Virus record (IMG/VR): IMGVR_UViG_3300017942_000001
Direction: 5' to 3' (one strand)
DNA: 64,000 nt
DNA from: a virus
A model generated the notes under the pieces. The model saw only the letters and a program-made list of their open reading frames with translations. It was not told the DNA's origin and did no database searches. Positions 21,701-32,321 of this stretch are shown piece after piece; within the stretch, counting starts at the first letter, position 1; every line of letters starts with the position of its first letter. Both the position numbers and the translations under genes were made by a program.

Positions 21701-24700
21701 CGAGGCAGGGCGAGGCGGCGACGATCTTCCCCTTCGCCCTCCAGTACGCGCTGTACTGGTCGATGATCGCCTGCTCGGCCGCGTCGTAGTCCTTCGGCGT
21801 CGAGCTCCACCCGTTCTCGCGCGTCGGCTCGACCGTGCGCTCGGGGAACGGCGTGGTCGGCGGCAGGCAGCCCTTGGCGCGCGCGAGGCGCTCCTCCCAG
21901 CCATCGTCGTCGTCGTCGTTGGCGTCGTCGGTCTTCCACAGGGAGTGGTCCTCGTCGTCCCAGCAGTAGCCGTAGAACAGGATCGCGTCGGTCGAGACTC
22001 CCACGGCTACTTCTCCTCCGCATAGAAGCTGTCGATCGCGCTGCCGACGCGTTCGCGCACCTCCTCGAACGACGCCTCGACGTTGTACTTGAGCGGGACC
22101 GGCGGGACCGAGTCGCGGAGGTCGCCGACGACCTCGCTCGCGCCGTCTCCCAGCCGAAGGATCTCGGCCAGGAGCCGGTGGTGCTGCGGGTCGGTCAGCC
22201 TCGTCGCGTCGATCATCACGACGTAGATCACGGCTTGGCCTCCACCAGGTCGACGCCGATCTCATCGGGGACCTCGCCTCCGACGTGCAGCGGCTCCTCG
22301 AACTCGATCGCGCGCGTCCCGAGCCGACCGACCGGGGCGCCGAACGACTTGATCATGTAGAGCTGCCCGCGCCACGTCACGGCGTCGCCGACGGCGATCG
22401 GTCGCCCGGAGCTGTCCATGGGCCCCCTCACGCGCGGTCTCCTCTCGAGCCGATGAGGCGCGCCTCGGGCAGCCGCGCTCGGCCGCGCAGCCAGCCCCAG
22501 AGGCGCGTCCACCAACTTGGATGCGAAGGCGCTTGGAGCGCCTTCGGCGGCGCGGAGGGCGTCACGCTGTTGAGGTCGTACCCGACGATGCGCCAGCCTG
22601 GATCAGTTCGCGTCTGAGGGTAACTGAAGCGGAACTCCTCCTCGACCTGCACGCGCACGCGCTTCTTGACGACGATGCACTGGTCGTCGGCCGTCGTGGC
22701 ATACGTGCCGGGTTCGAGCTCTGTCCACCTCCTGCGTCGCTCGCCGATCCGGACCACCTCCACGAGGTCTGCCAAGGCCGCAGATGGATCGGACAGCGTC
22801 GGCACGAGGCCTCTCAGCTGCTGATTCGGTCTGTGCACGTGCGCCGCGGCGGTCAGCAGGCGCTCGACCGATGGACTGGTGACGGTGACGCGGTCGCCGT
22901 GATCGTGCTCCTCGTCCGGTGCGTCTCCGCCGATGATCGTCTCGCTCACGGCGACACCTTGGGTTTGTGCTCGTAGCCGGCGTCCATGAGCACGCACTGC
23001 CCGACGTTGGTCGCGAGCCACTGCACGACCGTGGTGGCGACGTACCAGTCGCGCTCGGTGACCGACTCGACTTCCACTCCGAGGATCTGCGCGAGGAGGC
23101 CGTCCATCGGCGCGCACGTGCCGTCCGCCTTCCCGGCCGATCGCTTGAAGTAGTGCTTCCATGCCTCGACCATCGCGAGCTCGCGCGGCATCGAGGCACG
23201 ACGCTCGGGCTTCCAGCCCATGAAGCGCCAGTCCTCCTCGTTCTCGAGCGCGGCCTTGGCGATGCAGATCGGGCACTCGCACGGCGCGGGGTTGTCGGGC
23301 TCGTCCTGGCGGTAGCACTCGCCGTTGTGGAAGAGGATCGATCGCAGGGCGTTTCGCATCGCGACGAACGATCGGTGGTAGGCGTCCTGGCGGTAGTTCA
23401 TCATGGGTCCTCCGAGGCGAACCACGGCTCCGGCACCGCGTCGCCGATCAGCGGCGCGAACCAGCGCAGCTCCTCCTTGAGGCACTTCCGCGCCTCTTCC
23501 TTCGATCGCGCGGGCAGCGTGCAGATCGCGATCGTGTGCTCGCCGTCCACGACCGTCATCTGGTCGAAGGAGGCGGCGTCGCCGATGGTGTACCAGAGCG
23601 GCACGAGGCGCCCGCGCTCGACGCGGACGCGGAGGAGACCGTAGTAGACGGTGATGGTCTTGGTCTTCGAGGCCGCGACAGCCTCGACCGCGAGCGTCTG
23701 GAAGTCGGGGGCGTTTCCCCCGGGGTAGAGATCTGGCTCAGCAGCTTTCGTCGTTCGCATCGCGGCGTCGACGCGCTCGGCGTGGTGGAAGGTCACCCGC
23801 AGGCGCTTGCCGGGATCGGCCGTCGCGGAGGTGCAGTAGCTGCCCGGCGCCTCCTTGCAGGCGGGGCACTCGACGTCGATCGGCGCGATCACGACGCGTC
23901 CTCCCGCAGGGAGCGATCGCGGCTCGACTTCGTCAGCCTCCGCAGCTGCTTTCGCTCCTGGTGGAGCAGCTGCTCGTACTCGGCCTTGCCGACGGTGCGG
24001 ACCTCGTGGTCGGGCGCGGCGACGAGGGCTCCCCCGTTGCACTCGACGAGCAGCATGAAGGTCTCGCTGTTCTTGAGGCTGCACGCGACGACCCTGCCGA
24101 CGACGAACGTGCCGTCGTGGGACGCGACGCGGCGACCGATGATCCCCTTCATCTCAGGCGTCTCCTTCGAGGTGCGTGACCTTGTCGAGGTAGCGCTGCC
24201 GAGCGGCGATCCTCCAGGCATCCGGGTCGACGAGACCTTGGCCGAGGCGACAGCCTGTGTTCTGGTTCGCCCACTCGGTGAGGCGGTCCAGCTGCGCCGG
24301 CGTCCTGGCGATCACCTCGCGATGCGGCGCGTTCTGATCGCAGCACAGCGGCTGGTCGCCGGCCAGGGCCGACAGGATCATCGAGAGCTGCACGTCGGTG
24401 AATCGGCTCCTCACGTCGGCTCCTCCGCGAGGTCGTCGTCCGTCGCGTGGTTGAAGGCGTCCTCGGCGAGTGGATCTCGCGCGGCGCAGTGCCGCACGTG
24501 GCCGCGCTCGTAGTAGTACGTCTTGCCGCACGCCGCGCACGTCTTGGGCTCCTTCCCCGGATGGCAGTGCGCGCAGTCGCTGTACTCGTGGTCGTAGGCG
24601 TACTTCGGGCAGCTGGTGCGCTCGCTGCCGCCGTGCTCGTGCTCGTGCTCCCACCGGCCGCAGCCGTGGTCGCAGCGCTGGCGCTCGTCGGCGACCCACG

Positions 24701-25323
24701 TGATCACGACGGCGCCTCCCCGGCGCTGGAACTCCTCGCGGTGGACGCCGTCGTGGCCGTGGGGCAGCTGGCAGCGCATCGTCGCCGTCCCGTCGCCGTA
24801 GTTGTCTCCGATGAAGAGGCGCGCGTTGCACTCGGCGTCGACGTCTGAGGGCTCGCCGAACATCAGATCTTCCCCCTGCCGCGCAGCGCGAGGTCGTGCG
24901 CGACGATCCGCGCGACGTGCGCGTGCCCCGGCGCGCCGGTCTCGTCGCGACACGGCTCTCCGGGGCGCGCGCCGCAGCTCTCGCACGGCACCGCCTCCTC
25001 GAGATGCCCCAGACGCGTCCACGCGCCGATCGTCGGCACGTCCGCGCGCAGGCCCATCGTCGCTCGCCACGCGCGTACGTTCAGCGGGATGAGTCGCCGC
25101 GCCGCCGCGACGTCCTTCGCCCGTCCCTCGAACAGCCGATCGGCGATGCGGCACGCGTAGCGGACGCCGCCGTCCGTCACGCCGTGCGTGGGCCGGTCGA
25201 CCTTGACGAGGACGGCCGTCCCGTCGACGTCGATCAGGAAGAAGTCGCTGTCCGCGCGGCCGTCGAAGAAGCCGATCGGAGCGTGCTGGGGGTGCTGTTC
25301 CGACACGTGTCGTTTCTCTCTCG

Positions 25324-25374
25324 CTAGCCGATCACGATGAGGCCACCGGGGGTCTTGCTCTCGGGATCACCTTT
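25324..25374 (-). pseudogene. collapsed groES remnant
   Basis: AAAGGTGATCC + CCGAGAGCAAGACCCCCGGTGGCCTCATC (28/29 identical to gro[11 protein letters not shown] segment) + GTGATCGGCTAG (groES ends GTGCTCGGCTAG). Confidence 0.6.
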
Positions 25375-25380
25375 GTGCCT

Positions 25381-26349
25381 CTAGCGCCCGCCCCACTCGG
25401 GGCTCGGCAGGCGTGGTTTGTCACCCGTCTCTGCCTCGATGCGGCGCGCGAAGATGCTCTTGACGCGGGAGTATGCGGGACTGCGGTCGCGCTCGCGGAG
25501 CTGGCGTCCGACGAGCCAGTCGCTGTAGCTGCCGTCTGCGGCGACAGACATCATGCACTTGGTGAACAGCTCCTTGGTGAGCTTCTTGGTCGACGACGAG
25601 TACGGGTGGATCACCAGCCGTCGGTAGAGCCACATGCACACCGCGAGGTTGAGGTTCGTCCACAGCTTCTGGTGAGCAGCGTCCGCGCCCCACGCCTTGA
25701 AGGCGATCTGGGAGAAGTCTGTCAGCACGGCAGCTTCGTCGCTGGTAAGGCGCTCCGCGACTTCGTTGGCGGTGAGGCCGCCGGTGCTCGGCACTTCGGG
25801 CACGGTGCCGAACCAGCAGCGGAGCATGGCGGACATCGACACGACGGGTGCCTTGGGGTTGCGTCGGATGTTGCCGTACCCGATGAACGGGCAGTCGCGC
25901 CGCAGTCGCCGGAGGACTGGATTGTTTTCCTCCTCGGCGCGGAGCAGGTCATCCGGCATCATGTTGGCGATCTTGCCGTTGAGCTTCTTGAACTCGCGGG
26001 ACATCTCAGCCATGTCGTTGACGTGCGAGTAGCGCAGATCCACGAATGCCTCGGGGATCTCCGACCGCAAGAACGCGGCGATGCGGTGCTGTCCGTCGAT
26101 CAGCCACAGCTCCTTGTCGAGCACACCGAGCGTGACGACGCCTGGGATGATCTCGGTCTGTCGAATCTCCTGCGTGACGTCAGACAGCTTGGAACTGTTC
26201 TCCTTGAGCGGTCGCTGGAACGGTGGGGCCTTCCAGGTCCCGACGATCTCTGGAGTGACCACTGCTGCGTCGAGGGTCGTGCGCGTTCCGCGCTCGGCCT
26301 CGGTGGAGGGCTTGACGATCTTGAGATGCGATGACTTTGCTTCGGCCAT
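25381..26349 (-). CDS. DGQHR-domain (ParB/Srx superfamily, DndB-like) protein
   Basis: LWLIDGQHRIAAF motif preceded by PGVVTLG; 322 aa; visibly lower GC than flanks. Confidence 0.75.
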   Translation of the reverse strand: MAEAKSSHLKIVKPSTEAERGTRTTLDAAVVTPEIVGTWKAPPFQRPLKENSSKLSDVTQEIRQTEIIPGVVTLGVLDKELWLIDGQHRIAAFLRSEIPEAFVDLRYSHVNDMAEMSREFKKLNGKIANMMPDDLLRAEEENNPVLRRLRRDCPFIGYGNIRRNPKAPVVSMSAMLRCWFGTVPEVPSTGGLTANEVAERLTSDEAAVLTDFSQIAFKAWGADAAHQKLWTNLNLAVCMWLYRRLVIHPYSSSTKKLTKELFTKCMMSVAADGSYSDWLVGRQLRERDRSPAYSRVKSIFARRIEAETGDKPRLPSPEWGGR

Positions 26350-26398
26350 GATGGAATTCCTTTGCGGGCGTGCTTCTAGGGGAACTACGGCATCGGAT

Positions 26399-26692
26399 CT
26401 AGCCGAGCACCGCGAGGACGTCGTCCTCGCGCAGGATCAGGTGGTCGCCGCCTTCGAGGGAGACCCGGACCTCGGCGCCGCTGTACTTCGAGAACAGGAT
26501 CCGATCGCCGGCCCGCACGTCGAGCGGGATCCTCTCGCCGTCCTTGTTGCGCGTTCCCTCGCCCACCGCCACCACCATGCCCTCGACGGGCTTCTCCTTG
26601 GCGTTGTCGGGGATGATGAGGCCGCCGGGGGTCTTGCTCTCGGCGTCGACGCGACGGACGAGGATGCGGTCGTGGAGGGGTCGGATGCTCAT
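26399..26692 (-). CDS. groES: co-chaperonin GroES (Cpn10)
   Basis: [50 protein letters not shown]; no groEL in window. Confidence 0.95.
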   Translation of the reverse strand: MSIRPLHDRILVRRVDAESKTPGGLIIPDNAKEKPVEGMVVAVGEGTRNKDGERIPLDVRAGDRILFSKYSGAEVRVSLEGGDHLILREDDVLAVLG

Positions 26693-28886
26693 GAGCGGGT
26701 CACCTTTCGTTGTCGTGCGGAGTGGAAGGATACGAGTCACCTGTGACGGCGCGTCGTCAGGGCTTGGTCTCTCCGACGAGGCGGCGCAGCACCTCGTCGG
26801 TGAGGCGGAAGGCGGCGCCGGCGAGAGCCGCGTCCGTGCTTCCCGCGGCCGGCCAGGCTGTCGCAGCCGCCGCCAGAGCCGCCGGGAGGATCTTCATCCG
26901 CGCCTCATTCTTGAGGTCGTCCTCGATCTTCTCGTAGCGCGCCTTCATCGCGGCGACCTGACGGAACAGACTGCCGTGGTGCTGGCACGCCTCGGCGTAG
27001 TCGATGTAGTTGTAGTTGTCGTCGACGATGCGACGACAGATGCAGCCGGGCAGCTGGGCCTCCAGCAGGTCTTCGAGATTCTTTGCAGCGCGACTCACCA
27101 GCGTCGCGGCGGTCTCGAAGTCATGCCTGGTCGCGCGATCGGGCATCGTGGACAGCTTGATCAGTTGGTCGGCCATCTTGACCAGATCGCGCGCACAGGT
27201 CCTGAAGCGGTCGCGGTCCATCAGGGTTCTCCCTCGCGCGGAGTCATCGATAGCAGCGTCGTCGACAGCCGGCGCGCCGCGTCGGCCGTCTCGAGCGCGC
27301 GCCGCCACGGCGACTCTCGCCCCCAGGCGCCGCCGCCGGGCGGAGTGCGCCGCCACCGGAACACGTCGCCGCCGACCTCGCGGGCGAACGCGCGAGCGCG
27401 CGACAGCGACGAGAACCGCCGCGCTCGCCGGTGCGACGCGCGGTCGGCGACCTGGCGGACGCGCGCGGGGCTCCCCTTCAGGTAGCGTCCCGCGCCGGGC
27501 TCGATCACGCCCCAGCGCCCGCGGCGATCGCGCGGCAGCCACTCGCGCTCGCGCTCGACGTACGCGGCGGCGGCCTCGTCGATCATCCTCATGAGGGTCT
27601 CTCTCATCGCGTCAGGTCTCCCTTGGGGATCGTGCGGACGACGCGGACGGCGCGCCTCAGCTGACGCCGCCTCGCGGTCTCGACTCGCGTGTGGAACGCG
27701 AGGCGATCGAACCGCTCTCGCAGCTCTCGGAAGGCCCTCAGGTACGAGTCGTCGTAGTTGCCGCCGCGCGCGTACTGGAGCGCCTCTGCGATCGCGATGA
27801 CGTCTTTCTCGCGGAGCGTGACTCTCATCGAGGTATCTCCGCTCGCCGGCCCTGGTCGTAGGCTCCGTTCAGGAGCGTGACCAGCTCGCCGATCGCGTCC
27901 ATCGTGCTCGTGGTCGGCAGGCCCTTGGGATCGTCGTCGTGCCTCATGTGCAGCAGCTCGATCACGTGTTCGAGGATCACGCGGAGGTTCGGGCCCACGA
28001 CCTCGGTGCCCTTGATCTCGTAGGGACCGCTCGTCGCGTAGTCGGCGGGAGGCGGCACACGGCGGACCTCCAGGCAGCGCGAGAGCTGCGGGGCCACGGC
28101 TTCGCGCCGCATCTTCGGGTCGTCGGGAAGATCGATCAGGTCGTCGGCGATCCCGTAGAGGTCGAGTAGCGATCTCACCGCGGCGACGGGCCAGCCGACG
28201 TGCGCGGCGTACGCCTCGTCGCTCATCACCGCGGCACCGCACGCGCAGCCGCGGACCAGCACGCGGTTGCCGGGGCCCTCCATCAGTGTGCGCGCGATCT
28301 GGGGCGCGTGCACCCCGCGCGCGGGCCTCGCGCCGTCCCGGTCGTGCCACGCGTCCTCGCACCAAGCCGTCAGGGAGGCCCGCGTCTCTTGGTCGGGCGC
28401 CGCCGTCGCCGCGCTGATCCGAAAGCGGAGGTTCGGCCTCCGCGACTTGCACGTCGGGCAGGCAGGACTAGCCGCCGCGGCAGCCGGGGCAGGGGTCTCG
28501 ACGGTCGTCAGCATCACGCCCCGGGCCGGGTCGATCGCGGCCCGCTCGCAGACGTGCTTGGCTCGCACTCCGAACTCCTCGCCGCAGAAGCCGCAGCGAT
28601 GGCTGACCTTGATGTCCTCGATGACCCAGTCGGTCGCCAGCGGCTGGGGCACCTCCATCACGCGCGCGCGGCGACGCGACGCCGCCACCACGCGGGACGG
28701 GTGCGACGCGGGGCCGTCGCACGACTCGCCCGGCCCGTTGCCGCAGGCCGGGCACGCGACGTCGTCCTCGGGGCGGCCGGTCTCGTCTCCGCGATGCCAC
28801 GCGTCGCGGCAGTCGTCGCCCGCGACGTTTCTATCGCTCGACTGGCACGTCGGACACTTGTCGAGATCTGTCACGGCGGAAGTTCA

Positions 28887-28935
28887 CCTCTAGCACAGTC
28901 TTGACTGTCTAGACAATGCCTAGTAGATATCTGAC
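28887..28935. promoter_or_regulatory. divergent sigma70-like promoter pair with TGTCTAGACA palindrome
   Basis: + strand TTGACT(28901)-N17-TAGATA then GTG at 28936; - strand TTGTCT-N15-TG-C-TAGAGG. Confidence 0.6.
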
Positions 28936-29169
28936 GTGCCTCCAAGGCGAGATCTCCACGACGCCCAGCTCGCGATTCGCGTCCGCAAGCGAGAACTCGC
29001 CGTGTGGAAGCGTGCAGCCAAGCGCGCGGACGAGCCCCTCTCCTTGTGGGCGCGCAAGATGCTCAATCTCGCCGCAGTCCCGGCCCCTCCATCGGTTCCA
29101 CCTACGGTGTCCGGTGATCAGGTCGAGCTTCCGTTTCCGATTACCGTCACCAAGAAGAAGGCGTCGTGA
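28936..29169 (+). CDS. RHH-like DNA-binding protein, paralog A
   Basis: LAIRVRKRELAVWKRAAKRADEPLSLWARKMLN; similar to 36643.. and 54086.. Confidence 0.7.
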   Translation: MPPRRDLHDAQLAIRVRKRELAVWKRAAKRADEPLSLWARKMLNLAAVPAPPSVPPTVSGDQVELPFPITVTKKKAS

Positions 29170-31564
29170 CGACGGAGGCCGAGCTGTCCGCGCTGAAGGC
29201 GGAGCTGGCTAGGCACGCGCAGACCGACCCCGGCGCCGTCGCCATGGCGACGCTGGAGGCGCTGATCGACGTCGCGTGCGGCGAGAATCCGGCCCTTCGC
29301 AACTACAAGCGCAAGTGGCTCTACATCGGCATCTTGCAGAAGCTCGGGAAGAAGGCCCCGTGACGGCGCCGCGCCCCGACCTCGCGGAGGATCCCGCCGT
29401 CACGATCCGTCGCCTCCGCCAGCGGCTGTACGTCGTCGAGCCGGTCTACCGCGCGGCCGTCGCGCTGCACCGCAACGGCGCGAAGAAGACCCACGAGGCG
29501 ACCGAGCGCGTCGAGCGGGCTGTCGACCGCGCGCTCGACACGGAGCGATCGATCGCCGAGGGCTGGTCGATCAGCGACCTCGATCTGGCGAGGGAGGTCC
29601 CGTGAGGACGCGCGACAGCTTCCGCGAGCGGCGCTGCCGGTGCTACCTGCCGATGCCGTGCTTCTTCTTGGGGACCTGTCGTCGGTGCGGGTGCCCGCTG
29701 CCGGAGCCTCCCCCGAGGTCGCGCTGGTGCGAGCTCGCGCGTGGATCAGGGGGCAAGGCATGAGGCGAACGACGACGATCCGCGTCCACGGCGAGACCTG
29801 GCGCGTGCCGCGCGGCTTCGGTCGCGTCTACAGGGACCTCGTGCGCGCCGAGGACGAGGACCTCGCGAGGCCGCGCGGCCCCGGCCGCGTGATCGACGGC
29901 GTGATCGACGTGCTCGCGCTCATCGGCTACGCGGCGACGCGCGAGCAGGTCGCCGACTGGCCGAGGCGCCAGCGCATCGAGGCCGTCGCGTACGCGGCGA
30001 CCGAGTACGCGCGCGCCGGCGACAATCCCGTGCAGCGTCACCCGCGGCCGAGCTGGCTGCTGGAAGAGCCGTGGAGAGGTGCGCCGCGCGGAGAGGGCGC
30101 GTTCGCCGGGCCGAGCGGGACGCCGATCTCAGCGGGGACAGCGTGAAGCACCGCGTGATCACGGATCCGATCTCCTGCATCACTCTCACGTTGGGAGTCG
30201 ATGACGGCGAGATCGCGCGGATCTCGTGGAGCGAGGGATCGTGCCACGTCATCGCCGAGGATCTGTCGCAGGGTCGCTGGGTGCTGCTGGTCGACCTACC
30301 GGGGCAGACGCCGCCCGCCGCGGTCGTCTGCCGGGCGACCGCGCTCGCGGTCGGTGCGTGGATCAAGGAGGGCGTCCAGCACGCTCTGGACAAGATCAAG
30401 AAGGAGCTGTGACCGTGAAGGAGAACGAGAACAAACCGCTGGTCTTGATGAGCGAGGTCGAGCGCGAGCGCACCTGGGACTCGATCCACGATCCCGTCGA
30501 CGACGAACTGATGGCGGAGGCGCGCTCCTCCGCCGCTGACGCGCCGATCGTGCTCGCCGCGGTCATCTTGGTCGCGGTCGACGGGATCCGCAGGTGTGTG
30601 ATCCATACCTGCGAATATGGTGATGGCGAAGGACTCTCTCAGATGCTCGACGACGCCAGGCGGATCCGTCGCAGCGGCAAGTTGCTCGAAGGAGAGAGCG
30701 TCGAGGTCGTGACGCTCGAGAGGCCGCTCGACCAGTTCCAGTGGCGGCCGGTACCCGAGCCGGCTAGGCCACGCGGGGAGCCCACGTCGTGACCGACCGC
30801 GTCCGTCACTTGACCGTCGTGCTCGACGGGGACTACCGCGACGACGACGTCGAGCTGATCGTGCAGACGATCCGGATGATCCGCGGCGTGTTTGCCGTCG
30901 AGCTGCACATCGTCGAGGCGCACGATCATCTCGCCCGGATGAGCGTCCGCGCCGAGATCGAGCGTGACCTCCATGCTGCGATCGACCGGGTCTTCACGCG
31001 CAAGAACTTCGAGCAGACGATCGCCGATCGCAAGGAGAAGGAGAACCGGCCGTGACTCGCCACCGCGTCGAGTTCAAGCTGTCGATGCCCGGCCGGTCGT
31101 CGTGGAACGGCGCCTGGTCCGGTGAGGGCCGGAACTACGCGGTCGTGCGCGAGCTGTCCGACGAGGAGCTCGCGCGTCTCTTCGACCTCGCGCCCGACGG
31201 CGTCGACCTGACCAAGTGCCGGCGCATCTGGACGCACCGCTGGAGCGACGGCTGGCTCGCGCAGGTCGCCGCGCGCGTCGTGCCGGCCGACGAGGAGTTG
31301 CCGAGGAGCGAAGGCTTCCACGGCTACGAGTGGATGGTCGACAACATCCTCGCCAAGGGTGACCCGCACGGGGAGGTGACGTCGTGATCGCTCGAGAAGA
31401 CACGCGGCACCGCGCGTTTGCGCCCCGGTCAAGAGCGCCGAGGCCGAGGATTACTGCATGCGCAGCTGTCTCGGCTACGAGGGCCTTACCCCAGTTCGCT
31501 GTCTGCGCGCGTCAGAGTGACAAGTGATAGGTGATCGACTGGCGTTCTGCTCGGCTTCCCAGTT

Positions 31565-31930
31565 GTCTCGGCTCAGTGGAGCGCCGAGCGGCTCTCGCTA
31601 ATTTCGCAGTCTCGAACCAGTAGTCTCGGCTCGTGGAGCGCCGAGCAACTCTCGCCACAGCCCGCGGTTCTGCCATGAGGTCTCGGCTCGTGGAGCGCCG
31701 AGCAGCTCTCGCTACCTTGAAGGAGCGGTCCGCGGATCGCGGATCGCGGCGGTCTCGACATCTCGGCTCGTGGAGCGCCGAGCAGCTCTCGCGCGCTCGC
31801 GCGCTCTCACTGATCTATTGAATTCCTCCATGTCTCAGCTCAATAGAGTGCCGAGCAACTCTGGCGCAGTCGCCGCGGGCCGCGGGTTGTGCGCATCTCG
31901 GCTCGTAGAGCGCCGAGCAGCTCTCGATCA
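31565..31930 (-). CRISPR. degenerate trailer segment of the array (6 repeats)
   Basis: Repeats at 31565, 31623, 31680, 31760, 31832, 31895 with substitutions; spacers 21-44 nt; further remnants near 31430-31480. Confidence 0.85.
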
Positions 31931-32251
31931 TCCGCGGGGCTGCGGGCTGCGCCGTTTTTTTCGTCGTGCCTCCGAAGCTTTGGTCTCGAGCTTGCGCGCG
32001 ACCGACGCGGCGAACCGCGAGCCATCCTCGTCACCGACGAGCTTGAGCAGATGCGTCAGGTTGTCGATCAGCTCCATCGCGTCCGTGAACAACGCCGCGT
32101 CGTCGTATCGCGACAGCTGCATCTGGAGAAAAAGTTTTCGCGCGCGGGCAGCGTGCCAATTGGGCGGAGAAGCTGGCAGCCGGCCGAGTAGTAGATACTC
32201 CGAGTCTTTCATCAGGCGCTCGGCTTGGCGTCGCGTGCTCGCGTACTTCAT
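31928..32251 (-). CDS. hypothetical 107-aa protein inserted in the CRISPR array
   Basis: ORF fills most of a 391-nt gap between repeats; TATAAA 7 nt upstream of ATG; lower GC. Confidence 0.55.
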   Translation of the reverse strand: MKYASTRRQAERLMKDSEYLLLGRLPASPPNWHAARARKLFLQMQLSRYDDAALFTDAMELIDNLTHLLKLVGDEDGSRFAASVARKLETKASEARRKKRRSPQPRG

Positions 32252-32321
32252 GTGTGCGTTTATACAATGGGGCCGGCTGTTGGCTGACCGTCGGCGAGCG
32301 GTGAGTACGTTTACGTCTAAG

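Larger units (their letters stand above)
8055..28874 (-). other. about 21 kb minus-strand block of coupled small phage ORFs
   Basis: Chain of GTGA/ATGA overlaps; mostly hypothetical, many Cys/His-rich. Confidence 0.75.
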
